A stretch of 64,000 nucleotides of DNA from Eledone cirrhosa. Taxonomy: Eukaryota. The notes under the pieces were generated by a model. That model worked only from the letters and a program-made list of their open reading frames with translations, searched no databases and was not told the DNA's origin. Made by a program: the position numbers and the translations under genes. Location: the NCBI GenBank assembly GCA_964016885.1, contig OZ024741.1:172174001-172238000 (forward strand), written 5' to 3'. Numbering within the stretch: position 1 is the stretch's first letter; every line of letters starts with the position of its first letter. Shown here piece after piece: positions 1 to 11,804 of this stretch.

Positions 1-2168
1 CGGGAGGTGGGGAGGGGTGGAATGCAGGTGTGAGTGGGGGTTAGTGGGGGTAGGGTGTGTAGAGTTGGTGGTGTACGAGGGTGTGTGGGTACGTGTGCGT
101 GGGGTTGGAGGGTGTTAGTGATGTTAGTTGCGTGTGGGGTGGGTGGTGTAAGTGTGTGCGTGTGATAAGGAGGGGGGAGGAGGAGAAGAGGGGAGGGAAG
201 GGATGTTAGTATGTTAGTTGGGGAAGGGTGGTTAGATGAGGGGTGGAGTGGGGGTGTTAGTATTGTTAGTGTGGGGTGGGCGGTGAAAAGGAGGGGTGTG
301 TTAGTGGTGTTAGTGAGGGATAAGTGGGGGAGGGGGGCGGTCGAACGCTAAAGGAATAAGGGTGGGGAGTTCAGGCCAGGGAGGGGGGGGGGGGGGTCTG
401 TAAGATGAAGATAGTACGTTGTTCGACCGTGAGGCGATGGGCGGCTGTTCCGCGGCACTGGAGTAGGCCACAGACTGTGAGATGGTGTGCGGAGTGTCCA
501 GGGCCACCAAAGTGGCGGGCGATGGGGGAACTGCCCCCGAGACGAATGTCCCGGAGGTGCTCCGTGACTCGGTCCGCCAGGCGGCGTCCCGTCTGTCCGA
601 CATAAGTCGCGCTGCACCTCGTGCAACGAAGTCCGTAGACTAGGTTGGAGGAGGTGCAGCGGAAGGCATGCCGGACCGAGAGAGGGTGGCCGTTGGGACC
701 CTGGAAGGTGGTGGTGTTGGTGATGTGGGGACAGGTGTTGCAGCGGGGCCTAGAACAGGGGAAGGAACCGGGGGGGGGGAAACGGAGCGTGGGTTGGGGG
801 GTAGGGAGCTGTGGACGAGGAGGGTGCGGAGATTGCGTGCGCGTATGAAGGAGGGGAGTGGTGGGGTTGGGAAGATGTGGGAGGTGGAGGGGTCGGACTG
901 GAGGTGTCGGAAGAGGCGGCGGATGGTGCGGTGGAGGGGTAAGGTGGAGGGGTGGTAGGTGATGGGGAAGGGGAGACGGTGGGTGGGTGTGCGGTGGCGT
1001 TGGGTGAGGATGGTAGAGCGGGGGATAGCACGGGCGCGGGTGAGAGCGGTGTGGACGAGAGAGGGGGGGTAACCTCTGCGGATGAAATGGCTGACTAGGG
1101 AAAGGGCTTGGGACTCGAAGTTAGCATCTCGGCTACAGAGGCGGCGGATCCTGAGAAGTTGGGAGTAGGGAATGGAGAGTTTAGTGTGGGTGGGGTGGGA
1201 AGAGGTGAAGTCGAGGTAAGAGTGGGAGTCGGTGGGTTTGAAGAAGGCGGAGGTGACGAGGGAGTGGTGGGAGGGGTCGAAGGCGACGGAGATGTCCAAG
1301 AAGTGGACGTGGGTGGTGGAGATAGAGGTGGTGAAGTGGAGGGAGGGGTGGAAGGAGCAGAAGAAGGAGAGAAAGGAGTCGAGCTGTACTCGGGTGAGGG
1401 TCGTGGCTCCGATACAGTCGTCAATGTAACGACCGTACAGTTCGGGCGTGGGGCCGGTGTACTGGGCAAAGATTTGGGCCTCAACATGGCCAACAAAAAG
1501 GTTGGCATAGTTCGGGCCCATTCCTGTGCCCATGGCTACCCCCGTGACCTGTTGGTAAAACTCACCCGAGAAGGAGAAACAATTTAGGGTGAGGACCAGC
1601 TCGGCGAGGCGAAGGAGGGTGGGGGTGGAGGGAATGGGGGGAGGAGCGAAGGTCGAGGTAGTGTTTGAGGGCGCGAAGGCCGTCGGCGTGGGGGATGACG
1701 GTGTAGAGGGACTTGATGTCTAGGGTGAAGAGGAATGGCTGAGGGCCAGGTAGGTAGGTGAAGGAGTCGAAAAGGCGCAGGGCGTGGTTGGTGTCAGAGA
1801 TGTGGGAGGGGAGGGTGGTGACAAGGGAGGCGAGGAGGGAGTCGAGAAAGGCGGAGATGAGTTCGGTGGGGCAGTTGCAAGCGGAGACGATGGGACGGCC
1901 GGGGTTGTCGGGTTTGTGGAGTTTGGGGAGGAAGTAGATGGTGGGGGTGCGGGGTGTGCGGACGATGAGGTGGGAAGCGGTGGGGGGGGGGGAGTGAGGA
2001 GGCGATAAGGTCTTTGATGGTGGAGGAGACTTGTTGTTGGTAGAGGGGGGTGGGATCGGAGGGTAGAGGGCGGTAAAAGAGGGGGTTACAGAGCTGCCTG
2101 AGGGCTTCGGCCTTGTAGAGGTCCGCGCGCCATACCACCACGGCGCCTCCCTTGTCCGCCGGTTTGAT
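1..2168 (-). mobile_element. 5'-truncated Penelope-like element, Neptune-like (RT + Cys linker + GIY-YIG)
   Basis: Minus-strand motifs KPADKGGAVVV, YFLPKLHK, GRPIVS, LDIKSLYT, AMGTGMGPNYANLF, RYIDD, FLDI, KPTDSHSYL, linker CSRPRCNTC, then NLVYGLRC..C..TYVGQTGRRL..R..EH. Coding region 348-2168 is broken by a few frameshifts, mostly at G runs. The 5' junction is in (TA)n and the 3' UTR runs off the window start. Confidence 0.93.
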
Positions 2169-2268
2169 ATATATATATATATATATATATTGGGGTCTTA
2201 CTGGTTCCTATATATATATATATATATATGTTTCTATATATGTTTATATATACACAATGTGTGTGTGT

Positions 2269-2542
2269 GGAGGCACGTGGCCTAGTAGTAAGGGTGTTTG
2301 GCTTACGATCATAAAGTCGTGGGTTCCATTCCTGTGTTACCTGTTGTGTTCTTGAGCAAAACACTTCATTTGACGTTGCTCCAGTATACTGAGCTGAAAA
2401 TGAGTTACAGCAATAGCTGGGGGTTTAACCCTGCGATGGAGTGTCGACCTGTGAGTCCTGTGCTCCCAGTCGCTTCACGCCATGAAAAGGTTATAAGCAC
2501 CGGCCAAATGACCCTTCTGGCTTGAGACAGACTTTAAACTTC
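2269..2542 (+). mobile_element. tRNA-derived SINE with Deu/Nin-like central domain
   Basis: A-box-like TGGCCTAGTAG, B-box-like GGTTCCATTCC, body GTTGTGTTCTTGAGCAAAACACTT..ACGTTGCTCCAGTATACTGAGCTG; homologous copy at 30233-30502 (-). Confidence 0.85.
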
Positions 2543-2555
2543 ATATATATATTGT

Positions 2556-2768
2556 GAAGGCGTGTGGCTGAGTGGTTAGAGAATTGTATTCGCAATCGTA
2601 AGGTTGTGAGTTCGATTCCTGGACCAGGCGATGCATTATGTCCTTGAGCAAGACACTTTATTTCACGTTGCTCCTTCTACCTGGAGTTGCGACCGATAGA
2701 TAGTATTAGCAATTGGAAAGACCAACGGAAACATTGTTCCCTCGGTCCGATTTGACAAAAGTCGATCG
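2556..2768 (+). mobile_element. tRNA-headed SINE, short variant with alternative structured tail (copy 1)
   Basis: A box TGGCTGAGTGG, B box GTTCGATTCC; same body start as 2269-2542 but a different tail; highly similar to 4356-4574. Confidence 0.85.
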
Positions 2769-2773
2769 TTCCT

Positions 2774-2812
<39 letters not shown>

Positions 2813-2951
2813 GGGTGTATGTGTGTCTGTGTGAGTAGGTGTACCTGTACGCATTGTCTTTCATTATTTCCGCCAATTCTTTCGTTTTCTTTAATCTGGT
2901 CTCTCTCTCTCTCGCCCTCTCTCTCTCTCTATCTATCTATCTATCTCTCTA

Positions 2952-3010
<59 letters not shown>

Positions 3011-3708
3011 TCATGGCGATACAGATATACACATCACATCCCACTCTGTAGATATATAGACAATGCAAACTTTACAAAGACAGCTAGATGATTAGGTTAT
3101 CGGTTTTAAGATAAAAATGCTTTTGGACGGTCATACAAAGTGGCTATATGTTGAGGTGGCTAAGTGGTGAAACAGTCCAGTGACAAGGTGTTAATGCTGT
3201 GATATGGTGAGATATTGAGATAGTGAGGTGAAGGACAGATGAGAACATTTAGTGGCGTGGTAGTGCTGTATTAAGTTAGTGAAATAATGAGTTCGTCAGA
3301 TTGTGACATGGTATGTGAGAAAAACGAAAAGATAGTGAAATGGAAAGGTAGTAAGTTAGTGAGCGGATTAAGTAGTGATCTTGGGAGGTACTGGGATGCT
3401 TATATGCTGTGATGGTGAGACGGTTAGGTGGTGAGACGGTGAATTGGTAGGAGGATGAAACCGATTACATCTCGGGAATGTGCCAATGGTATAAATAAAG
3501 TAGATCGAGCTTTGCTTGCAATTTTCAGAGCAGCTGAGGTGTTGTAGTCGTCATTTGATAGTTCAGTGATTAACGATCGTAGATACATTTTCGAAAACTA
3601 ATCCAGACGAAAGTGATAACCTCAGATATATATATATATATATATATAAATATATATATACATGCATATATAGTATATAGTATATAGTATACAGTATATA
3701 TATACACA

Positions 3709-3752
<44 letters not shown>

Positions 3753-3843
3753 TGTATATATATATATATATATAGTATATAGTATACAGTATATATGTAT
3801 ATATATATATATATAAATACATGCATATATATATAGATATACA

Positions 3844-4034
3844 GATTGGAGCAAACATCACAGCGCTCTATCTCAAAATTATTTTTGAAAAGCATTAGAA
3901 ATGCGCAACCGGTAAAAATTTTGAACTAAAACTGAATACTAACCAATACTTTTTACTAATTTTTACTTATTCCTAATTAAACTATTTTTCACTGGGAACA
4001 ATTTGTCAGCATTTTCTTTTCCTTTTACCAATAT
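3844..4034. repeat. ~190 bp (TA)n-embedded repeat, single arm of the 28072-28455 palindrome
   Basis: Near-identical to 28264-28455; flanked by (TA)n. Confidence 0.85.
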
Positions 4035-4066
4035 CTATATATATATATATTAGTTATATGTTTATA

Positions 4067-4355
<289 letters not shown>

Positions 4356-4574
4356 GAAGGCGTGTGGCTGAGTGGTTAGAGTATTGGATTCACAATCGTG
4401 AGGTTGTGAGTTCGATTCCTGAACCAGGCGATGCGTTATGTCCTTGAGCAAGACACTTTATTTCACGTTGCTCCTTCTACCTGGAGTTGCGACCGATAGA
4501 TAGTATTAGCAATTGGAAAGACCAACGGAAACATAGTTTCCTCGGTCCGATTTGACTAAAAGTCAATCGACTAG
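4356..4574 (+). mobile_element. tRNA-headed SINE, short variant (copy 2)
   Basis: Homologous to 2556-2768; flanked by (TA)n on both sides. Confidence 0.85.
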
Positions 4575-5220
4575 ATATATATATATATATATATATATAT
4601 ATGGGATAACAAGTTATCGTTATAGGTAATCCAGTTAGAGGTTGTGAGTACTCTGCGTAGTGGATAGTTTTAACGTACGGCTTTGTTTGACTCAATAAGA
4701 TGTTTACCTGAAACACCATCAACCCCATTAATATAGAACAATCATCAAAACATTTACAACACACGTTTGTCAAACCTCCCTTCACAATCCACTCCTAGCC
4801 CTTAAATCTCATACTTGTACTTGTATCCACCAATTAATCTCTAATTTATTGCTTTTTCTTCTTCTTTTATCTGTCACTACATCGGACCCTCTACACGTTT
4901 CTATGTATATTTCGAATTTGGTTTTTCATGTTAGAATTAAACCTATCAAAGAATCCTTATAAGAACACTTACTCAAAACTACTACAAACCTACTATGTAC
5001 TTACATGCTCTTACTTATCCTTATTTATTTCTTAATATTTTCCATTTTCTTATTTTCTTACTTTTTTAATGTATCCTATCTTATCTTTTACTTTTTAGTT
5101 TTTACATCAGTAACTTCTCTACCTAATTACCATATATATTTTATTATTGATGCTATTGTTTTGATTATACGCTATTCTTCTATATATGTCTTGCCTCGAG
5201 TGAATTATTTTTATATCTAC

Positions 5221-5330
5221 GTACTCTGATGTGTTGATCAGTGGTCAATAATGTATTGGAGACCGGTGATGCAACTTCAAGCGATTAGCGACCTCTAGAC
5301 TCACCTGATCAATGAAACAATTGTCAGTAC
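5221..5330 (+). ncRNA. Type I hammerhead ribozyme fold with long stem-II insert, probably in a PLE pseudo-LTR (about 4603-5380)
   Basis: Stem I GTACT/AGTAC, core CTGATGT (A9 changed), stem II GTTGATCAG/CTGATCAAT, GAAA, palindromic stem III ACAATTGT, GUC site, AATAAA downstream. Confidence 0.75.
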
Positions 5331-5376
5331 TTGAAATAAAGCCATTTATATTGTACAGCCAACCATGTTACTCTTC

Positions 5377-5476
<100 letters not shown>

Positions 5477-7042
5477 GTATATATATATGGTCATGGGATG
5501 TGTGACAATATCTCACTATCTCCTAAATTCCTATACACACGTTCACACATGTACCTACGCGTGCATACACATAAACTCATATTTGCACCCACGCACGCAC
5601 ACACATGCACACACATACTCACTCATATCTATATATTCGCCTGTGTTTGCTTGTATGAACATACACTTGCAGATACATATAACATTTTAAACTCTTCTCA
5701 AAGTAGAATCAGTCGGGTTTAGTGTGACAGTATATATTTTGATATATTTCTATTTATACTAAGAGCTCGGAATTTTCTCTTTGCGCTTCCTTTGCGGGAG
5801 ACATGGCGCGTGTCGGTAATTTTCTGAGACACGATATCATTATTAATTCTAGTAATATAAATATGCTCCTGAATGATATTTTAGTCGAGCTTTAAATTTT
5901 TAAATAGATTTTTGGTTGCTATTTCTAGCTATCCACGTACCGATTCACGTCACATAGACACAACTGGGACGCTATGTAGTCTAGTGACCCTATGATAAAC
6001 AGACGAAACGCAAGAGTAAAAAAACCCACTATTTAGCCTGAATAAAATGAATATTAAATCTCTACTTCGGTATTGATTACTCTTCTTACTCAGCCGTCAA
6101 CCTTATATATAACCTGATTGTATTCTCGTTGTTGTGGTGGCTTCTGTGGCTTTGTCCCCTTAACCATAGTTTTCAATTTGTCACGCCATTTAACGTATGC
6201 TTATTACTCTAAGATATAATTTATCGATTTATCGATATCTTATTCCTACAAAGCTCCGAATATTGTTTCTTTTGTGGATGATGGCCGAGCGCCGCAACTT
6301 CGATTTTACTAACTTCCACTCAATTCTACTTTTGAAAAGCACAAGAACTGCGAAACCGGTAAAGGAACCAAATAAATATTTTTTTTTTAAAGACTCCAGT
6401 TGCATTTTAGATTTCATCTTTTTTCGTTATACTTTCACTCGTGTAGGACATCTCGTTTTTTTTCCATTTTGTAAAAATAAACCATTTTCTAATATATATA
6501 TATATATATGTACAAGTGGAAGCTTATTAAAATCGAAGCTTTGGCTGCGGCCAAGCATAGCGACCTACAATTAGGAATGAGTAGCAAAGCACTCAATAAG
6601 GTCGGGCCTTAGAGTAATAACATACGTTTAGACAGCTTGAAAAATTGAAAATTGCGGCAGATAAACCCAGCTATACAATACCAAAACAACGTAAAAACTA
6701 ATCAGGTTAGACAACAGACCTGGACAAATCCAACGATATTCTGCAATACGTCCGATATGTTTCTATAAATACGAAATCATCGCTCCAGCTTACGTAATAT
6801 GTAAGCTTGTGGTATTCTATGATCGAACAGGGGATTCACGTCATCGACAGGTTTTTGTTCTATTCCTCAAGCCGGTGTGGCATTGTAACGCTGAACGACT
6901 GCTACAATAGGCAGCATTCAGTGTTTCGTTGTCACGTGTTATTTCCAACTATATATGTCAAAGATAAACAGAAATAACAACACAATCGGAACGGTGAATA
7001 TGGAAGGGATATATTAGGTTAACGCTTGATATAGCAGGAAGA

Positions 7043-7080
7043 AGTTCTTAACGTTTCGGACGCTAGTCTTTCATCAGCAG
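7043..7080 (-). ncRNA. Minimal PLE-type hammerhead motif
   Basis: Reverse complement CTGATGA AAGAC TAGC GTCC GAAACGTTA with palindromic AACGTT stem III; stem I is weak. Confidence 0.65.
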
Positions 7081-7164
7081 AAAGAATGAGAAATAAGATA
7101 GATTGATGGGACGGGCGGCGTGAAATTGGAAAAATTGTCTTTAGATAAAAATAACAAGTCTATT

Positions 7165-7918
7165 CATGTTGTACAATTTATATAGGTCTGTAATGCTCTG
7201 TAGTATTTTAAACCTTTATATCTCCACCGTTACACTAGTTTTCGGTCAATTTCTAATGACACAATTTAATACCCCATGACGTCTGTGGCAGTGGAATCTT
7301 TGGTTGTGATTAATGAAAGGCATTTTCTAAGAACAGAAGAATACCTGTCGCCACATAGCAACCATCCACACACACTCTATCACGCTTGCCCACCTACAAT
7401 GTTTAGCATTGATACTTATGTGACATTCGGGCATGGTTTGCCGTTACAGTTACTCTGAATCAAATCATTCTTCTATTTTCTATTTTCTATTTGTGTTCGC
7501 CGTAATCCTGTTATCTTATGGAACTAATTCTGCAACTAAAACCTGATGAAAACGCCTACGTCTTGCATCATGATTGGATGATGAAGCTGGGCCATCGAAA
7601 TATGTATAATATTTTAGCAGAATTATAATCTAAAGGTTTCCAGTCAGGCGTTCTGTTGTTTTTAATAAATATTGAAATCCGTTCCTGCACCAGCCACGGG
7701 ATACATCTACAATGGATGACTTGCATAACGTTGAGTGCTTTAATTTATGGCATCTTTATTTACTAACCAGAATCACCAAGGATTGAACTACCACAGAAGT
7801 CATGGGATATTAAACTCTGTGTCATTAGATATTCGCCGGAAACCAACGTAGTGTTACGGTGGCGACCTAATCTGTTAAATAGCTATAGAGTCGTACAGAT
7901 CATATAAATTGTATCAAA
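7165..7918. repeat. Old diverged inverted repeat (arms about 7165-7325 and 7750-7918) enclosing an HHR-like remnant at 7577-7610
   Basis: Complementary blocks such as TACAATTTATAT/ATATAAATTGTA, CCACCGTTACACTA/TAGTGTTACGGTGG and CCCATGAC/GTCATGGG. Confidence 0.7.
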
Positions 7919-8720
7919 TAAATAGAAAATAATAAAAACACAAATCAAATTTATAAACAGATATAAAAGATTATAAAGTTTATAATATTGATAGATTATA
8001 AGCATTATAAAATGTTAAAACAATTATAAAGTTTTCAAAATAATTATATGAATTATTAAAAAATTATGTGTGAATTTTCCGTTAAATAAATTAAGAAAGT
8101 GAATTAGGAATAATAAAAACAATGGCGGTTAATTCTAATCCTAATGTCAGAGATTCTCGAAAGTAAATTATTGAATGATAAAGGGTTAGTCAAAACTATT
8201 TCGCACGTATATTGATGCGTTGCAATGAGGTCGTAAATGTGGTGCAGTGCATCCTCGACTGACGTAACAGTCCCCATCATCTCCACAAAGTCTAAAGAAA
8301 ATAGGTTACTAGTGATCGAGTATATTCAAATAATGAAGGGAGGCGAAAATTAATTAGTTAATTTCAACGTATGGAACGAACATTTTTTCGACGTGCATGT
8401 TATTCAGAGAATCCCGTGTGGTTGGTCGATGGTCCAACAACACTCCACAATGCTCATAATACCGAAGAAATTGATATGATGATAGTTATTTAACATATTA
8501 CATATTCTTAATTACTCCCATGGCGCGGTAAATTAAATGGTAGGTAACTAATTACATATCGCTATACTTAGGTAGAAAAGGCAGGTGCATAGTTGAAGGT
8601 AGAACTGAAATTAAAGTTAAATTAAATTAAATATGAGGCTATTATTGAATAGAGGATTCGTTGAATATTATATTATACCATATTATTTATGGAATGTACT
8701 ATGAGGAGTAATATAATATA

Positions 8721-8887
8721 CCGTATTTCCCGGCGCCGAAGACGCTTCTTCCTCAAGGACCCACCCTAATTTTGACAACCAAAAATTAAAAATAATTTAT
8801 AAACAAACTTTTAGCCTCCAGGACGCATGGTATATTTTTTAGACTTATCTTAGGTGAAAGTAGCGTCTTCGACGCCGGGAAATACGA
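8721..8887. mobile_element. MITE, Tc1/mariner-pogo type
   Basis: ~26 bp TIRs CCGTATTTCCCGGCGCCGAAGACGCT / AGCGTCTTCGACGCCGGGAAATACGA with TA on both sides. Confidence 0.85.
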
Positions 8888-9519
8888 TAGGATGTAATTT
8901 AATGCAATTAATTTAATTGAATGCGATAAGGTGAGATATGAAAATATAAAAATACAAAAAATATATAGAAAGAGTAAAGAAATTATAAAATACTATAATC
9001 ATATAATCATATAATAACACAGTAAATAATAACAAAATATATAAAGATAAGGTGTGGGTGTAGTTATAATATAAATGAACTATGACGAAAGTTAAGTAGT
9101 AAATAAATTACTGATGTAGATAATCAAATAGTTAATTTAGCAAGGAATTAAGAGAGGTAGCGAGAAAAAATTAATGATTGATAATTGATATATAATACGT
9201 AAAATGTAGTTCAAGAAAGTGAGCCATTAGCTATTGGTATGGAGACCATACTAAGACATATGATATCATAATTTTAAATATCACACACGAATTATATCAT
9301 CACAATTAAACTATAGAGTAAGGTGCACTCGGCTATATAAGAGACATAATATAGGATCAGAATCAAATAGAATCGAAAGGAATGTAATATAAGGTGAACA
9401 TCTTACCATTTCAGTATTCAAAGCTGGGCTTTCAAAATGTTTATTTATTAAACAGACCGTATATCTTTAGATATACAAAATTCACAGACATTTATGTATA
9501 TCGAGAACCACTTCATGTA

Positions 9520-9789
9520 GAGTCGATACTTCTCCAAATTGAGAGATCATAGCTCCGATACTATGAGCATGTGGTTAGAATGTGTCAGGAAAGAATCACT
9601 GGACAGATTTTACGGACAAAAACCAACCGGCAGGAGACCTAGGGGTAGAGCCCGAGCAAGATTGTTGCATAATATTCATGAGCTTCGCTGGTCAGTTGGA
9701 GAGGCTTGCTTCTGACAGAACCCACTGGAAGGAGTGTTTGAGGGCTCTGCTACCACGACCCTCTCAGGAATAAGTGGGCGAAGAAGAAG
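9520..9789 (+). mobile_element. RTE-clade LINE 3' fragment
   Basis: Degraded LRYYEHVVRM..ERI..PTGRRPRGR..LERLASDRTHWK with a GAA tail; related piece at 25650-25830. Confidence 0.7.
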
Positions 9790-10036
9790 TATGTATGCAA
9801 CTATGCCAAAGCTAAATTTTTATATATATATATATAAATTTAAGTTTGGTGGTTCACCCCTGGATAGAACTGGTCATTCCGTATAGCCAATCATGATGTA
9901 ATATTAGAAAAACGCACTCCACGTTATGTAACTCATCCATCTTTGACGTTGAATCTTGGAGGTGGTGCGAGAACAAAGTTAATTATTATTGAGTAAAATG
10001 ACACCAGTCCGGCATCCTGTCATTTTACTCAATAAT

Positions 10037-10188
<152 letters not shown>

Positions 10189-10579
10189 TGTATTTGTATT
10201 TGTTTGCCAAGTACCAGAAGAGGAAGACACACCTACACAGGCGTGCGCACGCACACACGCAAGCGCATACAAAGACAACTGAAGGGAGGGATGGATTAAA
10301 TTAAAAAAATCTAAACTAAGATGAGACACACAAAAACAAGAGTAGTGATTGAGATTACCACAGAGGAAACAGTTTTGGCAATTAAATAACATTCCAGTTA
10401 CGCATGAATTAGTTTTCTAAACTACTAATAAAACCTGGTGAAACTCAACTGGGGCGCGTATTTTTATTGTCAGCATGATGGACCCAAAATATAATAATAT
10501 ATAAACACAAATAAGCTGACACGCATATATGTATTCTTATGTACATATATATTTATATAAATGTATATAAATGCTACCT

Positions 10580-10640
<61 letters not shown>

Positions 10641-10803
10641 ATAAAATAAATAAGTCAAATGTTTAAAATGACTGTAACAACGACTATTGCTATCACCAAC
10701 ATACTTGCCCTTACATCGATTAGATCAAGGCTGATCTGATTCCATGCACAGTAATAGCAAGTACAATATCAACAACCACCATCACAACTACTACTACTAC
10801 TAT

Positions 10804-10835
<32 letters not shown>

Positions 10836-10855
10836 ATAATAATAATAATAATAAC

Positions 10856-10891
<36 letters not shown>

Positions 10892-11804
10892 GTTAGGGAA
10901 GAAGACGCACGAGGTGGTAGGTCATGAAATCGCTCCCGTAAGTTTTGAATTTTTAACATATTTAAATCATTTGTGAAATAACAACTCAGTACAAATGCTA
11001 CGTAAAGCATCCGGCTTGAGCCCCCAAAAAATTCGGACCCAAAATATATTGTTATAAGGCTCAAATATTCAAATATTCAACTTTGTATTGTACATTGTAT
11101 ATTCAAAAAAGAAAATGGCTATAAATGGAAGAAGACCCCCCCCCCCCTCCTCTGTCTACACTATATAGAACAGCCAAACAACACCAATCTCACCAACACC
11201 AGAAACTAGATACACCACCTACCCTATCACCTCTCTGTGTACACTAAACACAACAGCCAGATAACGGCCATCATTACTACCACTATCCCACCATCACCGC
11301 CGCCACCACTCCTTCATTGCTACCACCGCTACAACACCATCACTACAGTAATACGATCACATCACCACCACCACTGCCTCGGTATCGACATCACCACCAC
11401 CACTGTCTCAGTATCGCTACCGCCGCTGCTGTCTCCCATTGCTTCTGCTAGTTGCTGCCACCACATTATAGAATTCCTACTAAAAAAGAGGAAGGCATCA
11501 AAATATATATAGATAGACTCAAAGGAAAAAAGAAAAAACAAACATCAAAACCAAAACAGCACAGCAACAACAGCAAAAAACGAGAAAAACAAACAGAGAA
11601 AAACAAAAACAAAAAACAAAAAAAAAACGTAAAGAAAATAAGAATGAAGAGAGAAACAAGCGGACGGGCAGAGAAGAGAGGGGGAAAAACTAAGTCAGAC
11701 ATTCGAACACTACATTACAATGAAACTTATGCTTATTCATTTTTGGGTTTTTTTATGCCTGCGTGTTTGTTTGTTTATTTGTGTTCGTCTACAGCGTGGT
11801 GATA

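Noticed and set aside
1-320. Telomeric repeats
   Set aside because: Only scattered GTTAG within the PLE 3' UTR; no TTAGGG array.
1095-1587. Alternative-frame and antisense ORFs over the first PLE
   Set aside because: A by-product of C/G skew and few stop codons.
2556-2630. tRNA genes at SINE heads
   Set aside because: A/B boxes are present but there is no full cloverleaf, and the sequence continues into a SINE body.
8358-8460. Sushi-like peptide TC..GRWSNNTPQC
   Set aside because: Short, bounded by stops, poor splice signals; probably chance.
11452-11802. Lys-rich ORF upstream of the Dong element
   Set aside because: A-rich low-complexity sequence, not an ORF1.
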